From the NCBI GenBank assembly GCA_965197905.1, contig CBDAOB010000005.1, forward strand, positions 480,001 to 544,000: a stretch of DNA of 64,000 bases. The letters run 5' to 3'. Both the position numbers and the translations under genes were made by a program. The stretch comes from Candidatus Latescibacterota bacterium. GTDB taxonomy: Bacteria > Latescibacterota > UBA2968 > UBA8231. Under the pieces are notes generated by a model. It did not search any database, was not told where the DNA came from, and worked only from the letters and a program-made list of their open reading frames with translations. This document shows, in pieces, positions 49,737 to 59,527 of this stretch (its first letter is position 1; each line of letters opens with the position of its first letter).

Positions 49737-51599
49737 ATGTTGACATTGCGCCAAACGCTGGTCGCCGTAATCCTCCTCGGCGTCCTCGAAATCCGCGCCC
49801 AAACCTACCCGCCACTGCCGGTGTTCGACGGGGTCTACGACCTTCCCGAACTGTCCGGAGAATTCCGTCCTCTGCGCATTCAGGTGAGCGACGTGCAATG
49901 GGACGGCTCCTCCCTGTTGCGCATTCCGTTCAACATCAACCAGCGGTCGACGGTTTGGCTGGCCGTCTATAAGGTGGACCCGGAGAGCGGGGAGACGGGG
50001 CCGGGGCTGGCGTGGCTGCATCTGACGCCCCAACCAAAGCTGGTGTCAATCAGTGACGGGCGCGATTTCCAGCGGGGCTCCAATACAATTACCTGGGAGG
50101 GGCGCGACTGGCGCGGTGAGGCGGTGCCCGCCGGCGATTTCGAGTTCGACGTGATCGCCATCAACAATCTCGACAAGGCGGTCCTCGCCGGACCCAGCGC
50201 ACGCACCGGATTCGGACGCAATATCATCGATACTCGTCATGATCCACCAGAGATCTGGATTCAGGAGTACGATCGCCGGGCTGAGGCCTGGGGCCGACAC
50301 AAAGCCGGAGATGTCATTCGCGGATTTCTGGGCACGGACTACCTGATCAACCCTTCGGGTTGGGAGCGTTGGGAGTACAATGACGACGTATTCGATTTCG
50401 CCGACGCGCGCACCACGTCGGGACTGCGCTTCGACGATGTGGATGAACAGGTGTTCTGGACGACTCACTGGCGCGGGTCCCGCGGCGGTCTCTACAAGAT
50501 GAAAATCGATCGCACCCGAAGATCCTGGACGCGGGATCAATCGTTCGCCATCAATGGGTTCTCCCCCAACCGAGAAGATCGCATCATGGATATCGCGCCA
50601 TGGAAGCAGGTGGTGTACGCCGCCCACTGGAGTCGCGGATCGGTGCCGTATTCCACCATTGAGCTGTGGGACAAAAGCAGCGGTGAGGTACTCAACGAAT
50701 TCGACGTTACCGAATTCTTTTCCCTGGCAATCAGCGACGAGCAAGGTCGCTTAATATTGACCAGCAGAGGCCCCTCCCAACTGGAGGTCAATGACCGGGG
50801 CATCTGGTCCGATAGCTGGGGTACGCCCCATATCGTACACCTGGATCACGAGGGGGAGATTCGCTGGGTCAACCGCAATGGAGATGTACTGGGCGACAAT
50901 ATCTCGAATGAATCTGCCGTCGATCTGGGCATGAGGCGGGGCGCCCGCGGCAACAATTTGCAAATGGCCGCCGACGGCAGCGGTCGGGTGGTTTTCGTCG
51001 CCACATATAAGAACGAACGAGGCTCCCAGTTTTGTGCCTTCGGCAGGGACGGCAGCGGACTGTTCGATGTCTACTTGCGCAGTACCCTTGGACCGTTCCG
51101 CAACGACACGACCTGGTACCTCACCGTCGTCGATGACGATGGAGGCGACTTCGATGGAATATATTACGGCACCCATTTAAGCATGATGGTGCTCAACTTC
51201 GATTTCCCGCAGGGGCGCAAATTCGGCCCCGGGATGCTGCTGTACATCCCTTACGATCTAGGCTCCGGTCGCATCACCCCGGTCGCGACCGCAATCACCG
51301 CAGGTGAATCCCTCCGTCCCAACGGATTTCGGCTGGATCCAGCCTATCCCAATCCGTTCAACGGGGCAACCACCATCCCGTTTACCATACCCACCCCGCA
51401 ACGGGTGACATTGCGGATCTTTGATGCCACTGGTGGCACGGTCGCAACACTCATAGATCGTGACCTGGATGCCGGCCGCTACGAGGTTCAGTGGCGCCCG
51501 CTGGACGACGACTCGCGGCCGGCTGCGAGTGGTGTATATTTCGCACGCATCGCCGGGGCGGCCAGTACGGCGACCCGGACCCTGCTTCACTTGAAATAA
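49737..51599 (+). CDS. Secreted protein with FlgD-Ig-like N-domain, probable beta-propeller and T9SS type A/FlgD-type C-terminal domain
   Basis: Signal peptide; NTITWEGRD..G..VPAG.F; C-terminal AYPNPFN..TTI.F..IFD..G..V.TL....L.AG.Y...W...ASGVYF.R...TR.L..LK. Confidence 0.8.
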   Translation: MLTLRQTLVAVILLGVLEIRAQTYPPLPVFDGVYDLPELSGEFRPLRIQVSDVQWDGSSLLRIPFNINQRSTVWLAVYKVDPESGETGPGLAWLHLTPQPKLVSISDGRDFQRGSNTITWEGRDWRGEAVPAGDFEFDVIAINNLDKAVLAGPSARTGFGRNIIDTRHDPPEIWIQEYDRRAEAWGRHKAGDVIRGFLGTDYLINPSGWERWEYNDDVFDFADARTTSGLRFDDVDEQVFWTTHWRGSRGGLYKMKIDRTRRSWTRDQSFAINGFSPNREDRIMDIAPWKQVVYAAHWSRGSVPYSTIELWDKSSGEVLNEFDVTEFFSLAISDEQGRLILTSRGPSQLEVNDRGIWSDSWGTPHIVHLDHEGEIRWVNRNGDVLGDNISNESAVDLGMRRGARGNNLQMAADGSGRVVFVATYKNERGSQFCAFGRDGSGLFDVYLRSTLGPFRNDTTWYLTVVDDDGGDFDGIYYGTHLSMMVLNFDFPQGRKFGPGMLLYIPYDLGSGRITPVATAITAGESLRPNGFRLDPAYPNPFNGATTIPFTIPTPQRVTLRIFDATGGTVATLIDRDLDAGRYEVQWRPLDDDSRPAASGVYFARIAGAASTATRTLLHLK

Positions 51600-51669
51600 T
51601 TCCACGGAAGAGCGAACCTGCGCTCGTTTGCGACCGCGCTGGCACGCTGTCGGGTAAGGACTGTTCTGA

Positions 51670-52905
51670 GTGTCTAAGTTGGCCATACTGGGGGGCGTTC
51701 CCGTGCGCACGGCGGAATGGCCGCGTTACCCCGTTCTAGGTGGCGAAGAGGAGGAGGCGGTGCTGGCCGTGGTAAGGAGCAACGACCTATCGTCCCAGAT
51801 GGGCGACACGGTGCAGCGCTTCGAAAACGAATTCGCCACGTATACCGGCGCCTCCCACGCAGTGGCTACCAGCAGCGGCACAACGGCTCTGCACACTGCG
51901 CTCGTCGCAGCGGGTATCGGCGTCGGTGACGACGTCATCGTGCCGCCGTACACCTTCTTCTCCACCGCCACGAGTGTACTCATGCAGAACGCAATTCCCA
52001 TATTCGCAGACATCGAAACCGATAGCCTCGGGTTGGATCCGACTGCAGTGGAGCGGAGAATAACCGACCGCACGCGGGCATTGATGGTCGTTCATATGAA
52101 CGGCTATCCGGCAGACTTGGACGGTCTGATGTCGGTGGCACAGCGTCACGAGCTGGTCGTGATCGAAGATTGTTCCCACGCCCATGGAGCAACACATCGG
52201 GGCCGACATGTGGGCACCATAGGACACATGGGTGTGTTCAGCTTCCAGCAGAAGAAGAACCTGTCGCTGGGTGAAGGGGGTATGCTCATCACCAACGACG
52301 CCGAGCTCGCGGACAAAGCCCGCGCCATCTACAGTTTCGGCAAGGTGCCGCTGGCCTACAACTACCGCATGCCGGAGCTGCACGGAGCCATTGGCAGCGT
52401 GCGGCTCAAACGCCTGGATGCGGAAAACGAGAAACGCAACCGCTACGCCCGCTACCTCGACGAGGAGTTTGCCCGCATTCCCTGGATAGAACCTCAAAAG
52501 GTGCGGCCCGACGCGCGGGCGGCGTATTACAACTACGTGCTGCATTACCATCAGGAGAGGATGGGCCTGGAGCGCGACCGGTTCGTGGCGGCGGTCCAGG
52601 CGGAGGGGATCCCGGTGCCGCAGCTCTACGATCCGGTCTACCGCCACCATACCTTCCAGGTCCGGGACCCGTACGGTCAGGGGTTTCCATTCGAGTCTCC
52701 GTTCTACGCGGCGACGCCCGGCCGCGAGCCGAGCTACGAGGACGGATCCTGTCCGGTAGCGGAGGATTACTGCAGCAGACGCAACATCGAACTGAAGATC
52801 CACCCCACCGCCGATGCCGAAGATATCGCACAGATAGCCGCCGCTTTTCACAAGGTGGCGGATCAGGTGGAGCAGCTCAAGGCCGCCGCGGCAGCCCTTT
52901 CCTGA
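51670..52905 (+). CDS. DegT/DnrJ/EryC1/StrS family PLP-dependent aminotransferase
   Basis: SSGTTALH.AL, VIVPPYTF..T, VIEDCSHAHG, FSFQQKKN...GEGG, NYRM. Confidence 0.92.
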   Translation: MSKLAILGGVPVRTAEWPRYPVLGGEEEEAVLAVVRSNDLSSQMGDTVQRFENEFATYTGASHAVATSSGTTALHTALVAAGIGVGDDVIVPPYTFFSTATSVLMQNAIPIFADIETDSLGLDPTAVERRITDRTRALMVVHMNGYPADLDGLMSVAQRHELVVIEDCSHAHGATHRGRHVGTIGHMGVFSFQQKKNLSLGEGGMLITNDAELADKARAIYSFGKVPLAYNYRMPELHGAIGSVRLKRLDAENEKRNRYARYLDEEFARIPWIEPQKVRPDARAAYYNYVLHYHQERMGLERDRFVAAVQAEGIPVPQLYDPVYRHHTFQVRDPYGQGFPFESPFYAATPGREPSYEDGSCPVAEDYCSRRNIELKIHPTADAEDIAQIAAAFHKVADQVEQLKAAAAALS

Positions 52906-52916
52906 CGGAGGTTTTC

Positions 52917-53726
52917 ATGTTTGCCATCGACGTGCACGGGCATTACGGCACCCACAATCCCAGGGGACGCACAGGGCTTGAAACCGAGATGCGCAGCGCC
53001 TCCATCGAAGAGGTGCGGGAGCGGGCGCAGCAGGTGGATATCTGTTTGACGGTCGTTTCGCCGTTGCAGGCCTTGCACCCGTATGGGGGCGACGTAACTC
53101 GCGCCAACGAGGATGCCCGCGAGAAGGCGGAGCGCTACCCTGACATTCGGTTCTGGGCGGTGCTCGATCCTTGCCGCCAACCCACCTTCAAGCAGGTGGA
53201 GCAGCTGCTCGATCACGGTCGCTGCAAGGGGATCAAGATTCACCCTGTAAACCACGAGTACGAGATCCGCGACCGGGGCGAGGCCATTTTCGAGTTCGCC
53301 GCTGCCCACCAGGCGCTGGTGCTCACGCACAGTGGCTGCCCCGGGAGTTACCCCGAGGATTTCGTGCCCTTCATCGAGAAACACCCCGAAAAAACAACCC
53401 TCATTCTTGCCCATCTCGGCAACAGCGCGGATGGGCACCTCGGCCGCCAGGTCTACGCCATTCAACATGCCGCTACCGACAATCTCTTCGTCGATACCTC
53501 CTCCGTTAAATCGATGACGCCGCGGCTGGTGGAGTGGGCCGTGGAACAGCTCGGCGTGGACAAGATCCTCTTCGGCACCGACACACCGGTCTACGTTGCC
53601 TCCAGCCAGAAAGCCCGCATCGAGTACGCCGACCTCGCCGAAGACGAAAAACGCGCGATCCTGTTCGACAACGCCGTCAGGTTGCTTGGCGAGATGCCGG
53701 CAGCCGCGGCGGACGCGGCGGGCTGA
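52917..53726 (+). CDS. Amidohydrolase_2 family metal-dependent hydrolase
   Basis: IDVHGH, GIKIHP, THSG, ILAHLG, NLFVDTS, ILFGTD.P. Confidence 0.88.
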   Translation: MFAIDVHGHYGTHNPRGRTGLETEMRSASIEEVRERAQQVDICLTVVSPLQALHPYGGDVTRANEDAREKAERYPDIRFWAVLDPCRQPTFKQVEQLLDHGRCKGIKIHPVNHEYEIRDRGEAIFEFAAAHQALVLTHSGCPGSYPEDFVPFIEKHPEKTTLILAHLGNSADGHLGRQVYAIQHAATDNLFVDTSSVKSMTPRLVEWAVEQLGVDKILFGTDTPVYVASSQKARIEYADLAEDEKRAILFDNAVRLLGEMPAAAADAAG

Positions 53727-53773
53727 GCTCGTTTCCCGGCGTCGAGCTCCTGCATTCGCAATCGAAAGGAAAA

Positions 53774-54640
53774 ATGATGAACGAAAAACTGCGCTTGTTA
53801 GTCGTCGGCGCCCATCCCGCCGACATATTCGACCAATCGGGTGGCACCATGGCCCATCACACCAGCCGTGGTGACTACGTGGGCTGCGTCGTCTTGACCC
53901 ACGGGGCACGGGTGCATGACGAGGTGATGAGCGACAGGATGTTTCACCAGGACGAGGTGCCAGATGCGGACGAACTGAAGAATCTCATGGAGGAGCGGGC
54001 CGATGTGAAAACCAAGGAGGTGCGCAAGGCATGTCAGATCCTGGGTGTGGAAGACCTCTATTTCTTCGGTGCCGACGACGCGGTTCTACTGGTTACCGAG
54101 GAGAATGTTCGCCGTTTGGCACGGCTGCTCCGCGAGCTCAAGCCCGACATCGTCATCACCCAGTTCCCCAAGGAGATGGACGGCCTCGCCAACCCCCACG
54201 CCATTACCGGTCAGATCGTCTTGCATGCCCTGACGCTCGCGTGCGGCGTCGATCCCGGGGATCGCCATCCTCCACATCGGGTAGCCCAGGTTTTCTACAT
54301 GGGCAGTGGCGCAGCCGCCATTCCGAGAATGGTTTGGGATGCCGAGGGGGGCTATTACAATGACGTGTTTATCGACATAACGGACGTAATCGAGAAGAAG
54401 CTGGCGGCGATGGATTGTCTGGTCAGCCAGGGGTACGCTGGCGCCTACGTGCGCAAGCGGATCGAGACCAGCGACGGCGCGTTCGGGATGTACGGGAATT
54501 GTGCTTACGCAGAGGGTTACATCAAGCAAAGCGCCGAAACCCACTACTACCTGCCGTTGACGGAAAATGCCTTCCAGGCCACCCGCATGTCAGATCACGA
54601 ACTCATCGCCAAGAAGTCGTATCGGGTGCCCATCGAATAA
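53774..54640 (+). CDS. PIG-L/LmbE family protein with HPAD variant motif
   Basis: Start moved to ATG 53774 or 53777 after AAGGA; LLVVGAHPAD, E...AC.ILG, R..KPDIVIT, FIDITDVIEKK..A....SQ, YAEG. Confidence 0.82.
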   Translation: MMNEKLRLLVVGAHPADIFDQSGGTMAHHTSRGDYVGCVVLTHGARVHDEVMSDRMFHQDEVPDADELKNLMEERADVKTKEVRKACQILGVEDLYFFGADDAVLLVTEENVRRLARLLRELKPDIVITQFPKEMDGLANPHAITGQIVLHALTLACGVDPGDRHPPHRVAQVFYMGSGAAAIPRMVWDAEGGYYNDVFIDITDVIEKKLAAMDCLVSQGYAGAYVRKRIETSDGAFGMYGNCAYAEGYIKQSAETHYYLPLTENAFQATRMSDHELIAKKSYRVPIE

Positions 54641-54653
54641 CGAGGAACAGACC

Positions 54654-55664
54654 ATGAGACAGGCGATTCTTCACGGACCCCGCGACCTGCGCGTGCAAGA
54701 GATGGAGCTGGACACAGACCATCTGGAGCCGGATCAGCTTTGGGTGGAGGTCGAGGTGAGCGCGCTTTCCACCGGAACCGATCGCGGCAACTACGAAGGT
54801 GCCGAGCAGATTCCAGGCGCGCCAGGTTATCCGCGATGGGTTGGCTACAGCAACGTCGGTACCGTCCGCAAGGTTGGATCTGCGGTTCAGCGTTTCGGCC
54901 CCGGCGATCGGGTGTTTTCCACCACCTCCCACGCCTCCGATTACATCGGTCAAGAGTGGGATCTCATAGCCAAGGTCCCCGATGGGGTCTCCTCCGAGGA
55001 AGCCGCAATGGCGATGCTCTACTTCATGGGTTTCCACTCCCTCCAGAGGGGTCATTTCGAGGCAGGAGAGGTGGTGGCGGTCATCGGACTCGGCATCCTG
55101 GGGCTGACCTCCGTCGAGCTGACCCGCGCTTGGGGTGGACGAGTTATCGCCCTCGGCAATGACGCGGCGCGGCTTCAACGAGCCCAGGAGGTTGGTGCCC
55201 ACCTCTGTCTGCGCTCGGACGACGATGCTCTCGAGCAGAAGCTGGAGGAGTTCACCAACGGCATCGGGGTGGATTTGGTGGTCCTCGCGGCCAATCCCTG
55301 GCCGGCGTATCGGGTCGGCGTGGATATCCTGCGGGAAAACGGCCGCATGGCTGTTCTCAGCCTCCCTGGCCGCGGTGAAGAGGCACTGGATTTCAATCCA
55401 TTGGCGCTCGAGTGGTTCTATGGCAAGGCGCTGACCATCATCGCGGTAAACGGTCAGGCTCCCTATCGCTACCCGATCGAGGAGGAGCGTTTCTCCCTGC
55501 TGCGGAGCTGCGAACAGATTCTCGCCATGATGCAGGACGAGTCGCTGCAGCCGGGCAGGTTGATCACCCATCGGTTGCCACCCGAGCGCATGACCGAGGC
55601 GTATGAGATGGCGTATCGCAGAGAGAAATCGATGGTAGGGGTGGTTTTCGAGTGGCAAAAATAA
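54654..55664 (+). CDS. Medium-chain dehydrogenase/reductase (BchC-like subfamily lacking the usual Zn ligands)
   Basis: ATG after GAGGA; STGTD and GYS in place of CGTD and GHE; VIGLGILG Rossmann motif; LITHR. Confidence 0.85.
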   Translation: MRQAILHGPRDLRVQEMELDTDHLEPDQLWVEVEVSALSTGTDRGNYEGAEQIPGAPGYPRWVGYSNVGTVRKVGSAVQRFGPGDRVFSTTSHASDYIGQEWDLIAKVPDGVSSEEAAMAMLYFMGFHSLQRGHFEAGEVVAVIGLGILGLTSVELTRAWGGRVIALGNDAARLQRAQEVGAHLCLRSDDDALEQKLEEFTNGIGVDLVVLAANPWPAYRVGVDILRENGRMAVLSLPGRGEEALDFNPLALEWFYGKALTIIAVNGQAPYRYPIEEERFSLLRSCEQILAMMQDESLQPGRLITHRLPPERMTEAYEMAYRREKSMVGVVFEWQK

Positions 55665-55739
55665 TGAGGCAACCACCCCTATTCCGGAATCGGCTATTAG
55701 GTTCGTTTTTTCAGCTTCGCACCTGAACGGGAGACACCC

Positions 55740-56399
55740 ATGATCGACCTCAGCAATTATCGCATTATCGACCTCTCATACGAACTGATCCCCGGCGAGC
55801 TCAAGATCGACGGTACCTACACCCATGGCACCACCTGGGTCGACCGGCCGATCGAGGTCCAGGAATTCATGGCGTACGGCGCGCGCATGCACTTTATCCA
55901 GGCGCAAACCCATTTGGGGACCCACTGCGAAGCAGCGTACAAATATCTCGACGACGGTCCCGACGCAGCTGGCATGCCGCTGGAAGCGTTTCTGGGTGAA
56001 GCGGTGTTCTGCGACTTCTCCGATCGCAAAGGGGGTGAGGCCATCACCGCCGAGGATTTCGACAGGGAGGGAGTAAAGGCGGGGGATGGCGTGCTGATTC
56101 GCACGGACGCGGAGCTGCGCGGCGATCTACCCCACATGACCAATGAATCCATCGATTGGCTCATCAAAACCGGGATCAAGTTGCTCGCCTCGGGGGGCAA
56201 TCTGTTATACGGAGCGACCTATCCAGACCATCTCGACGCAGAGCGAAAACTGCTCGAGCGCGGCATACCCACCATCGACGCGCTCTACAACCTGGCGGAG
56301 ATCCGCAAGAAGAGGGTGTTCTTCATCGCACTCCCGGTGAAGATGCAGCGCGTCACCGCCTCGTGGACCCGGGCGATCGCACTCGAAGATAAGGACTGA
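55740..56399 (+). CDS. Cyclase/kynurenine formamidase family metallohydrolase
   Basis: IIDLS, THLGTHCEA, F.GEAV..D, LIRT, LP.K.....AS..RAIA. Confidence 0.8.
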   Translation: MIDLSNYRIIDLSYELIPGELKIDGTYTHGTTWVDRPIEVQEFMAYGARMHFIQAQTHLGTHCEAAYKYLDDGPDAAGMPLEAFLGEAVFCDFSDRKGGEAITAEDFDREGVKAGDGVLIRTDAELRGDLPHMTNESIDWLIKTGIKLLASGGNLLYGATYPDHLDAERKLLERGIPTIDALYNLAEIRKKRVFFIALPVKMQRVTASWTRAIALEDKD

Positions 56400-56407
56400 G
56401 CGAGCCC

Positions 56408-58138
56408 ATGCTTCGCTGGGTGGCTTTTGTCGGGTTTCTATCTCTGGTGGGCGGCACCGAAGCAGAGGAGATCCAACCACACTTCGTGGATGTCACGACC
56501 GAGGCCGGTCTGGCGTTTCGCAACTGGTACGGCGACAGTTTCGCCAAAACCTTGTTGGAGACCACCGGGACCGGAGCCGCATTCTGCGACTTCGACGACG
56601 ACGGCGATCTCGATGTCTACCTGGTGAACGGCCCTGTGGGATTCGATCATCCTCGCATCAAACCCCTGCCCCACGACCAGGTCCCCCCGGCAAACGGTTC
56701 GGTACCGCGCAATGGCCTGTTTCGGAATAACGGCGACGGCACCTTCACCGAGGCGACGGAGGCGGCCGGCGTCGGCCACAGCGGATGGGGCGGAGGATGC
56801 GTCTGCGGCGACTACGACAACGATGGCGATCGGGATCTGTTCATCAGCTACTGGGGGCCAAACGTCCTTTATCGCAACGAGGGCAACGGCACCTTTACAG
56901 ACGTCTCGGCGGCCGCCGGGGTAGATGACGAGCGTTACGGCTTGGGCGCGGCATTCGGAGACTATGACCAAGACGGTCTGCTTGATTTGTTCGTGACCAA
57001 CTACACCGAATTTTCGCCGGAGACCGCGGTGCTGCCGGGAGAGCGCAAAGGAACCATCTATGGGGCGATGCGGGGCGTACCCTCCATGGCGCCTCCGGAA
57101 GCCCATGAGCCGGAGGAGGACATCCTGTACCGCAATCGCGGCGATGGGACCTTCGAGGACGTCAGCAGCAAGGTCGGTGTTCGGGCAGGCGTGCCCCAGA
57201 GGGGGATGGGTGTGGTGTTCTGGGACATGGACGACGATGGCGACCAGGACATATTCGTAGCTAATGACGCCGGCCCCAACAATCTGTATGTCAACGATGG
57301 CAAGGGTGCGTTTTCAGACCGGGCCGCTGCTCTGGAGGTTGCCCACGACATCGACGGGGTCAACGAGGGAAGCATGGGTGTGTCCCCTGCGGATTTCGAC
57401 CGCGACGGGCGGCTGGACCTGGTGGTGACCAACTATGAGGCTCAGACGACAACGGTGCACGGCAATCGAGGCGATTACTTCGCCGATCTCTCCTACGACC
57501 GTGGAATCGCCGCCCCCACTATCATGCCGGTCCAGTGGGGGGTCGTCGCCTTTGACTACGACCTGGACGGCGACGAGGATCTCTATGTCGCCAGCGGTCA
57601 CCTCTCAACCGCCCTGGACAACGAGTACCCGCAGTCCAGCTTCGCCCAGCGCAATCAGCTTTTTCGCAACGACGGCGACCGGTTCGCCGACGTCACCAGC
57701 CGCGCCGGCCCGGGATTGCTGCAGGTGCGTTCGAGTCGCGGTTTGGCGGCCGGGGACTACGACGGAGACGGAGACGAAGATCTGCTGGTGGTCAACAAGA
57801 ATGACCTTCCCAGCTTACTGCGGAACGACACCAGGAGCGGTCACCACTGGTTGGCGTTGCGTGCGGAGGGGTCGACGAGCAATCGGGACGGCATCGGGGC
57901 GCGCGTCCGGGTGGTGACCGGCGATCGGGTCCAGATCCGCGAGGTCCGCGCCGGAGCCAGCTATCTCTCCCACAATAGCTTGTGGCTCACCTTCGGACTT
58001 GGAGAAAGCACCGGCGCCGACTCGATCGTGGTTCGCTGGCCCAGTGGAGTGGTGCAGCGTTTCGCCCAGGTGTCCGCCGATCGAATGTGGCACGTAGGAG
58101 AAGCGGCCGCCGCGCCCGCGGAGGTCCGCGCTCGCTGA
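56408..58138 (+). CDS. CRTAC1 family protein (FG-GAP/VCBS repeats plus ASPIC/UnbV domain)
   Basis: Signal peptide; repeated D.D.DG..DL.V and LYRN.GDG.F.DV; SNRDGIGARV, S.....FGLG..V.WPSG. Confidence 0.9.
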   Translation: MLRWVAFVGFLSLVGGTEAEEIQPHFVDVTTEAGLAFRNWYGDSFAKTLLETTGTGAAFCDFDDDGDLDVYLVNGPVGFDHPRIKPLPHDQVPPANGSVPRNGLFRNNGDGTFTEATEAAGVGHSGWGGGCVCGDYDNDGDRDLFISYWGPNVLYRNEGNGTFTDVSAAAGVDDERYGLGAAFGDYDQDGLLDLFVTNYTEFSPETAVLPGERKGTIYGAMRGVPSMAPPEAHEPEEDILYRNRGDGTFEDVSSKVGVRAGVPQRGMGVVFWDMDDDGDQDIFVANDAGPNNLYVNDGKGAFSDRAAALEVAHDIDGVNEGSMGVSPADFDRDGRLDLVVTNYEAQTTTVHGNRGDYFADLSYDRGIAAPTIMPVQWGVVAFDYDLDGDEDLYVASGHLSTALDNEYPQSSFAQRNQLFRNDGDRFADVTSRAGPGLLQVRSSRGLAAGDYDGDGDEDLLVVNKNDLPSLLRNDTRSGHHWLALRAEGSTSNRDGIGARVRVVTGDRVQIREVRAGASYLSHNSLWLTFGLGESTGADSIVVRWPSGVVQRFAQVSADRMWHVGEAAAAPAEVRAR

Positions 58139-58186
58139 TCGGCATTCGAGCAGATCAGGGTTACCTACCGGGTCGGCGCCCGAGCA

Positions 58187-59293
58187 TTACGGGGTTTCAC
58201 CCATAGCGCGCAGTATCTTGCGGGAGATCCGGACCAGGTGATCGTCGTCGCCGGATTGAACGATCGTTCGATACTGTTCAATCGCTTCGGCGTTTTTGCC
58301 TGCATCTCTGAGCAACGTGGCCAAACCGAATCGGGGACTGGCAAAATCCGAGGCGTGGAGGATGGCCAATCGGTATTCCACCATCGCCTCCTCTGTACTG
58401 CCTTCTTCCGTCAGCAACACGGCCAAGCTGTTGTGTGCCCGGCTGTGATCGGGGGCAAGGCGGATGGCCTGACGAAGAGCACGGGCGGCGGCGCTCACAT
58501 CTCCGGCCATCTTGAGGGTGTTTGCCATGTTGTATAAGGCGTTGGCATGCTGCGGGCGAAGGCTCAGAACGGCACGATATTCAGCAATCGCTTCTTCGAG
58601 TTCCGACCGGTCCCGCAGGGCATGGGCTAGCTGATAGTGGGCGTTCACGTGACTGGGATCTAGCTCGATCGCCTTGCGCAGTGCCGCAAGCGCTTCTTCG
58701 AGATGTAGCTTCCGTCTCAACGCCGACCCAAGGTTGGCGTGGGTATTGGCGTTGGCCGCCCCGCTCCCAATGCCTCGACGATATAGGGCGATGGCGCTGT
58801 CTGCCCTTTCCGTCTCGCTAAACAACCCGCCCAGATTGTTGTACGCCCTGGCTTTCTCGGGCTCGAGCTCGGTGCTGCGCCTGAACGCTTCCTCGGCGCC
58901 CGGCAGGTCGCCCAACCTCTTGAGGGCGTGTCCCAGATTGTACTGAGCGTCGCCGTGTGTGGGGTCCAGCTCGAGGGTCTTGCGGTAGGCCTCCACAGCG
59001 GGTCGAAGCTCCCCGCGCTGGTAGTAGAGCGACCCAAGACTGTAGAATGCCGGCGCGTAGCGGGGATCGATCCGCGTCGCGTGGCGAAAGGACCGCAGGG
59101 CTCCGGCCTTGTCGCCGCGACTGAATCGGGCCGTACCGTCCTCCACGTAATGAGCTGCCGTCTGGAGATCGAAGCGCGGTCCTGGCTCGGTTGCCGGACC
59201 GGTTTCGGGGGCTTCTCCGCAGCAGACAAAAAACACGGTACAGCTGCTGGCGATCGCCCCAAAAACTGCTATAAGATTATTTTTTTCAAACAC
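58187..59293 (-). CDS. Tetratricopeptide-repeat protein, possibly a lipoprotein
   Basis: Regular 34-aa TPRs (A.YNLG..L...G....A...YR.A....P); hydrophobic N-terminus ending VCCG. Confidence 0.85.
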   Translation of the reverse strand: MFEKNNLIAVFGAIASSCTVFFVCCGEAPETGPATEPGPRFDLQTAAHYVEDGTARFSRGDKAGALRSFRHATRIDPRYAPAFYSLGSLYYQRGELRPAVEAYRKTLELDPTHGDAQYNLGHALKRLGDLPGAEEAFRRSTELEPEKARAYNNLGGLFSETERADSAIALYRRGIGSGAANANTHANLGSALRRKLHLEEALAALRKAIELDPSHVNAHYQLAHALRDRSELEEAIAEYRAVLSLRPQHANALYNMANTLKMAGDVSAAARALRQAIRLAPDHSRAHNSLAVLLTEEGSTEEAMVEYRLAILHASDFASPRFGLATLLRDAGKNAEAIEQYRTIVQSGDDDHLVRISRKILRAMGETP

Positions 59294-59498
59294 TTATGAG
59301 ATCTTTCGTGAAGCGATGAATACAGCTTCGGCGCTCCCGGGCGGCGGATCTGGTTTAGAATAGGGGAATCCTGCCAATGTTCCAGGGGTCTGAAACGCTT
59401 TTCCGCCAGGATCTGCCGACTTCGATGACTCTTGCAACCCCAAGTCCTGGTTTGAGGTTAGAGCGGGACGGCAACTCGCTCTCACCTTAAAAATATAT

Positions 59499-59527
59499 TT
59501 GACTTTCGACTCCTCCATTCTTACAAT
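59499..59527 (+). promoter_or_regulatory. Near-consensus sigma70 promoter
   Basis: TTGACT-N17-TACAAT preceded by an AT-rich tract (TTAAAAATATAT). Confidence 0.65.

Noticed and set aside
56580..57800. GACGACGACGGCGA-type recurring sequences as a possible CRISPR or DNA repeat array
   Set aside because: They are degenerate codon-level repeats encoding DxDxDG motifs within CDSs, without constant repeat-spacer geometry.
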